From Candidatus Limnocylindria bacterium (GTDB lineage Bacteria > Chloroflexota > Limnocylindria > P2-11E), in the NCBI GenBank assembly GCA_046262615.1, contig JBHEML010000001.1, positions 27,182-91,181 of the forward strand: a stretch of 64,000 nucleotides of DNA, in the 5' to 3' direction. The notes under the pieces are model-generated. The model searched no databases, was not told the DNA's origin, and worked only from the letters and a program-made list of their open reading frames with translations. Below, piece after piece: positions 46,807-54,418 of this stretch. Position 1 is the first letter of the stretch, and each line of letters starts with the position of its first letter. The position numbers were made by a program, and so were the translations under genes.

Positions 46807-48015
46807 CTGAGCGTCCTCGACGGCCGCTTCGTCGTCCTCGGCGTCACCGGTTCGGTCGCGGCGTACAAGACGATCGAGCTGGCCCGCCGGATGACGCAGG
46901 CCGGTGCGGCGGTGCAGGTGATCATGAGCCGGGGCGCGAGCGAGTTCGTGCAGCCGCTGACGTTCCAGGCGCTCACGTACCGTCCGGTCGCCATCGAGAT
47001 GTTCGGATCCCAGGAGGATCGCGCCGCGGGACACGTCGCCATGGGTGCGCGGGCCGACGTCGTCGTCGTGGCGCCGGCGACGGCGAACGTGCTCGCGCGC
47101 CTCGCTGCCGGGTTCGCGGACGACCTGATCGCGACGACCGTGCTCGCGACCGCGGCCCCGGTGATCGTCGCGCCGGCGATGGAGACGCACATGTGGGCGA
47201 ACCCCGCGACGCGCGACAACGTCGCGCGACTTCGGGCGCGCGGGATCGGCATCGTCGAACCCGAGCCGGGAGAGCTCGCGTCGGGAACGAGCGGAGAGGG
47301 CCGCCTCGCCTCGCTCGAGCGCATCTGGGCCGCGGTCGAGGACGCCGTTTCCGGTGGTCGCGCGCTCGCCGGTCGCCAGGTCGTGGTGACGGCCGGCCCG
47401 ACGGTCGAGCCGATCGACCCGGTGCGGGTCCTCACCAACCGCTCGAGCGGCAAGATGGGCTACGCCGTCGCGGCCGCGGCGCGTCGCGCGGGGGCCGACG
47501 TCACGCTGGTGAGCGGTCCGACCGCCCTGACGCCGCCCATGGGGGCGCGGCTGGTACGCGTCGAGACGGCGGACCAGATGCGCGACGCGGTGCTTACCTG
47601 CCTGGGGACGGCGGACGCCGTCGTCATGGCCGCCGCGGTCGCCGATTACCGCCCCGCCGAGGCGCGCGCGCTGAAGCTCAAGAAGCGCGACACAGGGGCG
47701 GAGTTCACCCTGACGATGGTGGAGAACGCGGACGTCCTGCGCGCCATCGTCGCGGACCGGCGGCCGGGGACGGTCGTCGTCGGCTTCAAGGCTGAGACCG
47801 GCGACGCCGCCGCGGAGGCCGAGCGCCTGCTCCGCGACAAGGGCGTCGACCTCGTCGTCGCGAACGACGTGAGCGAGGCGGGGTCCGAGTTCGGCTCCGA
47901 TACCGACCGCGTCTCGTTCGTGACGCGCGATGGCGTCGAACGGCTCGACCTCATGCCGAAGTCCGCCGTGGCGGAGCGCCTGATCGGGAGGATCGCGCAG
48001 CTGCTCGCTCGCTGA
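46807..48015 (+). CDS. coaBC: Bifunctional phosphopantothenoylcysteine decarboxylase / phosphopantothenate-cysteine ligase; inferred CTG start
   Basis: Track ORF 46891..48015 begins at MTQAG, but the flavoprotein N-terminal motif (L)SVLDGRFVVLGVTGSVAAYK lies in-frame upstream. The only start-like codon is CTG 46807, with GGAG 7 nt upstream. This gives 402 aa, the normal CoaBC size. Confidence 0.8.
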   Translation: MSVLDGRFVVLGVTGSVAAYKTIELARRMTQAGAAVQVIMSRGASEFVQPLTFQALTYRPVAIEMFGSQEDRAAGHVAMGARADVVVVAPATANVLARLAAGFADDLIATTVLATAAPVIVAPAMETHMWANPATRDNVARLRARGIGIVEPEPGELASGTSGEGRLASLERIWAAVEDAVSGGRALAGRQVVVTAGPTVEPIDPVRVLTNRSSGKMGYAVAAAARRAGADVTLVSGPTALTPPMGARLVRVETADQMRDAVLTCLGTADAVVMAAAVADYRPAEARALKLKKRDTGAEFTLTMVENADVLRAIVADRRPGTVVVGFKAETGDAAAEAERLLRDKGVDLVVANDVSEAGSEFGSDTDRVSFVTRDGVERLDLMPKSAVAERLIGRIAQLLAR

Positions 48016-48096
48016 TCCGCGAGACCCGCGTGCTCCGTCCGCCGCAACGGGTATGCGCGAGTCCTCGTCGGTCGCCGCGGCTATCGTGCGCCGCCT

Positions 48097-48765
48097 ATGG
48101 CGCTCGAGTGGCTCACCTTCGATTGCTACGGGACGCTCATCGACTGGGAGGGAGGCGTCTTCGCGGCGCTCGCGCCACTCCTGCCGCCGGGCGTGGAGCG
48201 AGACGACCTCGGGCGCCGCTACATCTCCGCGGAGGCCGCGATCGAGGCGGAAGCCTACCTCCCGTACCGCGACGTGCTCGACCGCGCCGGCCGCGCCGTG
48301 CTGCTGGACCTCGGGCGCGCGCTCCGCCCGGACGAGCCGAATCCGCTGCCTGACTCCGTCCCGGCATGGGCGCCGTTCCCCGAGGTGCCGATGGCGCTGA
48401 AGCAGTTGCGCGAACGCGGCCTGCGCCTCGCGGTCCTGTCCAACGTGGACCGTGATCTGATCGCGCCCTCGATCGCGCGGCTCGGCGTGACGCCCGACCT
48501 GGTCGTCACCGCGGAGGATTGCCGTAGCTACAAACCCGCGGAGGGCCACTGGCGGCGCTTCGAGCGCGAGTCCGGCGCGGGACCCGAGACGGCGATCCAC
48601 GTCGCCGCGAGCCAGTACCACGACATCGCCCCCGCGACCGCCCTCGGCTATCGCACCGTGTTCGTCAACCGTCACGCCGAGCTGATCGGCGACGTGGAGC
48701 CCGCCGCCCAGATCCCGGACCTCGCATCGCTGCCGGAGGCCATCGCCCGACTCTCGACGGGCTGA
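48097..48765 (+). CDS. HAD-superfamily hydrolase (haloacid dehalogenase type II-like)
   Basis: 222 aa with motif I FDCYGTLIDWE, plus LSNVD and a K...D late motif. Confidence 0.75.
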   Translation: MALEWLTFDCYGTLIDWEGGVFAALAPLLPPGVERDDLGRRYISAEAAIEAEAYLPYRDVLDRAGRAVLLDLGRALRPDEPNPLPDSVPAWAPFPEVPMALKQLRERGLRLAVLSNVDRDLIAPSIARLGVTPDLVVTAEDCRSYKPAEGHWRRFERESGAGPETAIHVAASQYHDIAPATALGYRTVFVNRHAELIGDVEPAAQIPDLASLPEAIARLSTG

Positions 48766-49977
48766 ATGCGGGCCGCGGGGGTCTTCGAGCCGCTACGCCA
48801 CCGCGACTTCCGGCTGCTGTGGGTTGGGCAGACGGTGTCGATGCTTGGCACCTTCGTCGACCTCGTCGCGCTGCCCTTTCAGATCCTCGCGCTCGGGGGA
48901 ACGCCTGTGCAGCTGGGCATCGTCGGCGCCTGCTTCGCTGCGACGCAGGTGCTTTTCCTGCTGTTCGGCGGCGCGGTCGTCGATCGCCTTCCGCGGCGCG
49001 CGGTCATCCTCGCCAGCGACTTCGCCAGCGCCTGCGTCGCGGGGGCCGTCGCCGCCCTGGGGTTCTCGGGGCGGCTGACGATCGAGCACCTCTACGTCGC
49101 CTCGGCGCTCTTCGGCATCACCTCGTCGTTCTTCATCCCGGCGATGGGCGCGATCATCCCCGAGCTCGTTCCGCCGGACATCCTGCTCGCCGGCAACGCG
49201 CTGCGCGGCTTCTCGCGCCAGGCAGCGCGGGTGACCGGCCCGGTCCTCGGTGGTGTGCTCGTCGCGTCGGCCGGTCCGCCGACGGCGTTCCTCGTGGACG
49301 CGCTCACGTTCCTGTTCAGTTTCGGCGCTCTGTTCCTCGCGAGTCCCCCTCACGCACCTCACGCCGCGGCGCGGACCCACATCCTGCGTGAGGTCGGTCA
49401 GGGGCTGCGCTTCACGTTCTCCCTCTCCTGGCTCTGGATCACGATCTTCGGGTTCGCGCTGGTGAATGCGGCCATCGTCGGGCCGCTCGTCGTTGGCCTG
49501 CCGGTCCTCGTGCGGGACGTCCTGAGGGGCGACGCGAGCACGTTCGGGGCGATCAACGCTGCGGTCGGCGTGGGCGAGATCGTGGCCACGCTGCTCGTCG
49601 CGCGGTTGCCGAGGGGTCGCAGCGGGACCCTCATGTACCTCTTTGTCGCGGTGAGCGGGGCCGCGATCGCGGCTATCGGGGTCGTTGCCGCCTTGCCCGT
49701 CATCCTGCTGCTCGCCGCCGCGTTCGGGATGACCATCGTCTGGTTCAGCGTCCTGTGGGAGACATCGCTCCAGCGGCACGTGCCGCGGGACCTGCTCGGG
49801 CGCGTCACCAGCGTCGACTACTTCGGCGGCACCCTGCTCGGCCCCGTCGCTCCGCCACTCTTCGGCATCGTCATCGAGCGCGTCGGTACCGCACCGGCGT
49901 TCGTCGTGAGCGGCGTCGCCGTCGTCGCGTTCTCGCTGGCGGGTCTGCTCGTACCCTCCGTGCGGCGGCTCGAGTGA
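48766..49977 (+). CDS. MFS transporter (EntS/MFS_3-like)
   Basis: 403 aa with 12 predicted helices. N-terminus FRLLWVGQTVSMLGT and GAVVDRLPRR. The ATG directly follows the HAD gene stop. Confidence 0.8.
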   Translation: MRAAGVFEPLRHRDFRLLWVGQTVSMLGTFVDLVALPFQILALGGTPVQLGIVGACFAATQVLFLLFGGAVVDRLPRRAVILASDFASACVAGAVAALGFSGRLTIEHLYVASALFGITSSFFIPAMGAIIPELVPPDILLAGNALRGFSRQAARVTGPVLGGVLVASAGPPTAFLVDALTFLFSFGALFLASPPHAPHAAARTHILREVGQGLRFTFSLSWLWITIFGFALVNAAIVGPLVVGLPVLVRDVLRGDASTFGAINAAVGVGEIVATLLVARLPRGRSGTLMYLFVAVSGAAIAAIGVVAALPVILLLAAAFGMTIVWFSVLWETSLQRHVPRDLLGRVTSVDYFGGTLLGPVAPPLFGIVIERVGTAPAFVVSGVAVVAFSLAGLLVPSVRRLE

Positions 49978-50053
49978 TGCCGACCCGTGGCCCGGTCCAC
50001 GCGATCCGCCGGCTCGATGAGCGCGGCCGCGCGCGCTCGTATCCTGCGTTCCG

Positions 50054-50398
50054 ATGAGCGCATCGGACGGCTGCATCTTCTGCAGCATCGCCTCGGGGGA
50101 AGCGACCGCGGACCGGGTCGCCGAGGACGACCGCGTCGTCGCGTTCAAGGACGCGCACCCGCGCGGCCCGCTGCACGTCCTCGTGATCCCGCGCGAGCAC
50201 ATCACCTCGCTCGCCGACACCGACGACGAGCCGCTGATCGGCCACCTCTTCGCGACGGCAGCTCGCATCGCCAAGGACGCGGGCTACGCCGAGCGCGGTT
50301 TCCGCGTGTTCGCGAACGCGGGCGCGGATGGCGGCCAGCTCGTTCCTCACCTGCACGTGCACGTCGTCGCCGGGCGCCGCCTCGGTGACCCGGCATGA
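50054..50398 (+). CDS. HIT (histidine triad) family protein
   Basis: 114 aa with CIFCSI and the HLHVHVV triad. Confidence 0.88.
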   Translation: MSASDGCIFCSIASGEATADRVAEDDRVVAFKDAHPRGPLHVLVIPREHITSLADTDDEPLIGHLFATAARIAKDAGYAERGFRVFANAGADGGQLVPHLHVHVVAGRRLGDPA

Positions 50399-51291
50399 CG
50401 CTGCAGCTCTCGCTGATCGTCACGCCGACCCGCGGGTACACCTACGACGACCTGCGCGCGATCGCGCACGCGGTCGAGGACGCCGGTATGTCCACGCTCT
50501 GGATCGCGGATCACTTCTTTGGCGGCGAGGGCTTTCCCGACCGCAACTGCCTCGAGGCGTGGACTCTGATCGCCGCGCTCGCGCGAGACACCACGCGCCT
50601 GCGGCTGGGCACCATGGTCACCGCGCAGTCGTACCGGAACCCCGCGCTCCTGGCGAAGACCGTCGCATCGGTCGACCACATCTCCGGTGGACGCATCGAA
50701 TTCGGCGTCGGAGCAGGCTGGAAGGAGAATGAGTACCGCGCGTACGGGTACGACTTCCCGCGCGCGGGCGTGCGCGTCGACCAGCTGAGAGAGACGCTCG
50801 AGATCTGCCGGCGCATGTGGGCCGAGGAGCGCGCGACCTACCGCGGCCGGCACTACCGGATCGTGGATGCCGTGTGCGCCCCGAAGCCAGCCCAGCGGCC
50901 GCATCCGCCGATCACGATCGGCGGCGGCAAGCCGCGCGTCATGCGTCTCGCCGCGCGTTACGCCGACGCGTTCAACCTGGACCACCGCGGCGGCACGCCG
51001 ACGCCCGACGACTGGCAGGACGCGCGCCAGGCGCTCGCGGAGGCGTGCAGGGAGGTGGGCCGCGACCCGGGAGCGCTACGCCTGTCGCACTGGAACGAGG
51101 CCGAGATCGGAACGCCGGAAGCATCGGGGGAAGCCGCCGGGAAGCTTTCTGGCGGCCCTGACGCGCTCCTCGCCGCGCTCGGCGGGTACGCGGCGGCCGG
51201 CGTCGCCGAGGTCCAGCTTTCGCTGCCGTACGGGCGCGAGCTCGAGATGGTCCGCATCCTCGCCAGCGACGTCGTACCTCGCCTGTCCTGA
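50395..51291 (+). CDS. LLM-class (luciferase-like) F420-dependent oxidoreductase
   Basis: 298 aa with LWIADHF, LGTMVTAQSYRNPALLAK and GRIEFGVGAGW. ATGA overlap with the HIT gene. Confidence 0.8.
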   Translation: MTLQLSLIVTPTRGYTYDDLRAIAHAVEDAGMSTLWIADHFFGGEGFPDRNCLEAWTLIAALARDTTRLRLGTMVTAQSYRNPALLAKTVASVDHISGGRIEFGVGAGWKENEYRAYGYDFPRAGVRVDQLRETLEICRRMWAEERATYRGRHYRIVDAVCAPKPAQRPHPPITIGGGKPRVMRLAARYADAFNLDHRGGTPTPDDWQDARQALAEACREVGRDPGALRLSHWNEAEIGTPEASGEAAGKLSGGPDALLAALGGYAAAGVAEVQLSLPYGRELEMVRILASDVVPRLS

Positions 51292-51292
51292 C

Positions 51293-53104
51293 TCAGGCGA
51301 GCCTTGCTCGCGCCTCCACGTACGCCGGTACGGTGATCATCGGCTGGCGCTCGATCGCGGCGATGTCCTGCAGCTCGAGGTGGAACTGGCCTCCGTCATC
51401 GTCCGAGATGAGCTTCATCGTCGCGTTCGCGTCCTCCAGGAGACGCTCGCCGCGGGCCTCGCCGACGCGCCGTAGCGCGACCTGCAGGATCTCGAAGCTC
51501 ATCTTCGACAGCGCGTAGAGGCTCTGGTTGCGATGGATCCGCTGCTTCATGTCGACCTGCGCGATGGCGGACAGCCCGGCGCGCTGGAGGATGTCGATGA
51601 GGAGCCCTGTCTCCACTCCATAGCCTGTGAAGAACGGCAGCTGCTCGAGCAACGAACGGCGGCCGCCCTGCTCGCCAGAGAGCGGCTGCACCATCCCCGA
51701 CAGTTCGGGAAAGAAGAGGTTGAGGATGGGCCGCGCCGACAGCTCGGTCACCCTGCCGCCTCCGGTCGCCTGGAGTTCACCTCCGAGGTGCAGGGGCCGG
51801 CGGTAGAAGGCCTTCACGAAGGCGATCTCCGGTCGCATCAGGAGCGGCCCGAGGATGCCGTACACGAACTTCGGATGGATGTTGGAGATGTCGGTGTCGA
51901 TCCAGATGACGATGTCTCCGGTGAGCACGTGGAGGCTCTTCCACAGCGCCTCGCCCTTCCCGCGGTGCGCACCCATCTCGGGGAGCACCTCCTGGTGCAC
52001 GAAGACCGGCACGCCCTCGGCCCTGCCGATCTCGCGCGTGCGGTCGTCCGAGCCTGAATCGATGATCACCAGCTCGTCGATGATCGGGAAGCGCTCGACG
52101 AGCCGCGAGCGTACGGCCCGGACGACTCGGCCGATCGTCGCCTCCTCGTTGAGCGTGGGAAGGCCGACCGAGATGCGGAGCCGCTGCCGCGTCTTCGCGT
52201 CGAACAGGCGCCGCAGGTCGGCGAACTCGCTGCTGGCGAACGTGTTCTCGACGAACCACTTGTCGACGATCTCGCCGATGGCGCGGCTCCGCTCGGCGCG
52301 GTCCAGGGGAAGGTCCGTGCGCGGCAGGAAGATGCTCGACGCGACCGGCGTCTTGGTCCGCACCACGATCGCCGGACGCCCGCTGCGGATGACGCTCTGC
52401 CCGACCGGTCCGAGCGGGTCGGGGGAGCCCTCGCGACCGGTCGCGCCGATGACGATCGCGTCGTGCGCGGAGAGCTCGTCCGCGATGACCGCCACGGGCT
52501 CGCCCGCCCGGCTCGCAACCTGGTCGATGCGCGCGTCGAACGCCGGTCCGCCGAGCGCCCCGTACAACGCGCCGCGCCAGCGGTCGTCGCCCGCCCCGGC
52601 CATGACGTGCAGCAGGGTCACGCGGCCGCTGCGGCGGCGGGCCAAGGCCAGCGCGACGCGCACCGCGAGCTGGGCGTAGCGGCCGCCCCGGACCGGGACC
52701 AGCAGATGGCGCGCGCGCGCGAAGCTGCCCTTGACGATCGCCACGTCGCACGGCGGGTCGCGCAGGATCTCGTCGATCGAGATGCCGAACAGCTCCGATC
52801 CCGAGCGCCGCCAACCGACGATGAGCAGATCCGGGCGCTCCTTCTTCACCGCTTCGACGATCGCCTGCCAGCCGCGGCGCGCCACGGTCACGAGGACCCG
52901 CACGCTTCCCGCCGCGCCCGCCGAGCGGACCATCGCGTCCAGCGCACGCCGCCGGGCGCGGGCTTCGGTCTGCGCCGACGCGAGGGGCGCGTCCTCTCCG
53001 ACGACGATCACCGATGCCAGCAGCACGTCGTCGGCGACCGCGATCGCCACTTCGATAAGCCCGCGGTCGCGCGTGGGGTCGTCGAACGCGATGAGCGCCC
53101 TCAT
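51293..53104 (-). CDS. gpgS: Tandem universal-stress-protein (USP) domains fused to a GT81 glucosyl-3-phosphoglycerate synthase-like glycosyltransferase
   Basis: Track ORF 51293..53116; ATG 53104 forms an ATGA overlap with the GT4 stop. Residues 1 to about 270 are two USP-like alpha/beta units (LLIVGWRR...CDVAIVKG; VIGATGRE...PAIVVRT). The C-terminal region has VGLPTLNEEATIG, IIDSGSDDRT, WIDTDI and QPLSGEQGG, as in GpgS/MpgS. Confidence 0.75.
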   Translation of the reverse strand: MRALIAFDDPTRDRGLIEVAIAVADDVLLASVIVVGEDAPLASAQTEARARRRALDAMVRSAGAAGSVRVLVTVARRGWQAIVEAVKKERPDLLIVGWRRSGSELFGISIDEILRDPPCDVAIVKGSFARARHLLVPVRGGRYAQLAVRVALALARRRSGRVTLLHVMAGAGDDRWRGALYGALGGPAFDARIDQVASRAGEPVAVIADELSAHDAIVIGATGREGSPDPLGPVGQSVIRSGRPAIVVRTKTPVASSIFLPRTDLPLDRAERSRAIGEIVDKWFVENTFASSEFADLRRLFDAKTRQRLRISVGLPTLNEEATIGRVVRAVRSRLVERFPIIDELVIIDSGSDDRTREIGRAEGVPVFVHQEVLPEMGAHRGKGEALWKSLHVLTGDIVIWIDTDISNIHPKFVYGILGPLLMRPEIAFVKAFYRRPLHLGGELQATGGGRVTELSARPILNLFFPELSGMVQPLSGEQGGRRSLLEQLPFFTGYGVETGLLIDILQRAGLSAIAQVDMKQRIHRNQSLYALSKMSFEILQVALRRVGEARGERLLEDANATMKLISDDDGGQFHLELQDIAAIERQPMITVPAYVEARARLA

Positions 53105-54417
53105 CGGGCCTTCCACCGCGCCAGGCGCTCGTCATGGCCGGGTGGATCCGCGCGCCGCGTGCGGCCAGTGGCCCGGCGCTGGCCGGCCGGCGTCCTTGCG
53201 GGGGACCGCGGGTCGGCAAGGATCAGCGGCAGTGCCAACTCCGCGAGCACGCGGGGCCAGGCGTGCGCGCGGGCGCGCATCCTGAGGCGAGCCGCGCGGT
53301 CCCCGTCCATCCGGCGCAGCGTCGCGGCAGCGATGGCGGCGCCATCCGCGTCGGGCGCGACGTACGTGACGTCGTCGCCCCCGATCGCCCGCAGCGCCGG
53401 GATGTCACTGCAGACCACCGGCAGCCGGTGGAGTCCCGCCTCGAGCAGCGGGATCCCGAAACCCTCGCTCGCGCTGGGCAGGACGAGCGCATCGGCCAGC
53501 GCGTAGAGGTCCGCGACGACGCGGTACGTCGCGCGGATGCCGAGGGCGTGCAGGAGGTGGACGCCTTCGGTCGCCAGCGCCCGCAGCTCCGACGCGTAGC
53601 GCTCGTTCGTCGCGTTGTGCGCCCCCGGCGTGCCGGTCACGACCAGCGCGGCGCGGGGCCAGCGTTTCCGAACCAGCGGGAGCGCGGCGATCGCGGCCTC
53701 GACGCGCTTGCGCCGCGTGAGCCTGGCGGGAAGCAGGAGCAGGGGGCTCGCGTCGAAGAGCCCGAGGCGCGCGGCGAGGCGCGCGCCCGCGGGCGAGAGT
53801 CCGAGCGTGGCGGCGATATCGATCCCGTTAGGCACGACCGCGATCGCAGAGCGCCGGACGCCCAGCGCATCGGCCAGCTGCCGCCTGCGCTCGTCGGACA
53901 CCGCCACATAGCGCACCCCGGCGACCGCGCGTGACAGGCGGTCCCACGGGTCGCCCGAATGGCGCTGCGCGGCGTACTGCGGGTCTGCCCAGGCGATGTC
54001 GTGCGTCCATGCGATGAAGCGCCCGGGGTGCTCGCGAGCGAGCCGCTCGAGCGCCGCGGTCAGCGCGGGATTTTTGTGCATCGTGAACGCGTTGTGCACC
54101 ACGACCCGGTCGGTCCTCGCGACGTGCGGACGGAGTTGACTATAGATGTCGTCCGCGAGTCGGCCGTGATCCTCGCCGATCTTTCCCCGCGCGAGGGACG
54201 CGAAGTCGCGCAGCACCCGCGCGTTCTTCGAGTCGATCTCCGCGATGCGCACCAGCTGCACCCCGGAAGGTGACGCACGGCCGCGTCCGGCGATGATCGA
54301 AACGCGCACGCCCGCGTCGCGCAGTGCCGCCGCGTGCACGCCCATCACCTGCTCGACGCCGCCGAGGACCGCGGGGGACGTGTAGTGGAGGAGGGCGACG
54401 CGCGGGGCGCGAGACAG
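53101..54417 (-). CDS. GT4 family glycosyltransferase; inferred CTG start
   Basis: Track ORF 53101..54348 starts inside the fold. The in-frame upstream sequence reads (L)SRAPRVALLHYTSPAVLGGVEQVMGVH, the canonical GT4 N-terminus. The only start-like codon is CTG 54417, 1 nt after the upstream TGA. C-terminal motif SASEGFGIPLLEAG (EX7E). Confidence 0.8.
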   Translation of the reverse strand: MSRAPRVALLHYTSPAVLGGVEQVMGVHAAALRDAGVRVSIIAGRGRASPSGVQLVRIAEIDSKNARVLRDFASLARGKIGEDHGRLADDIYSQLRPHVARTDRVVVHNAFTMHKNPALTAALERLAREHPGRFIAWTHDIAWADPQYAAQRHSGDPWDRLSRAVAGVRYVAVSDERRRQLADALGVRRSAIAVVPNGIDIAATLGLSPAGARLAARLGLFDASPLLLLPARLTRRKRVEAAIAALPLVRKRWPRAALVVTGTPGAHNATNERYASELRALATEGVHLLHALGIRATYRVVADLYALADALVLPSASEGFGIPLLEAGLHRLPVVCSDIPALRAIGGDDVTYVAPDADGAAIAAATLRRMDGDRAARLRMRARAHAWPRVLAELALPLILADPRSPARTPAGQRRATGRTRRADPPGHDERLARWKAR

Positions 54418-54418
54418 C

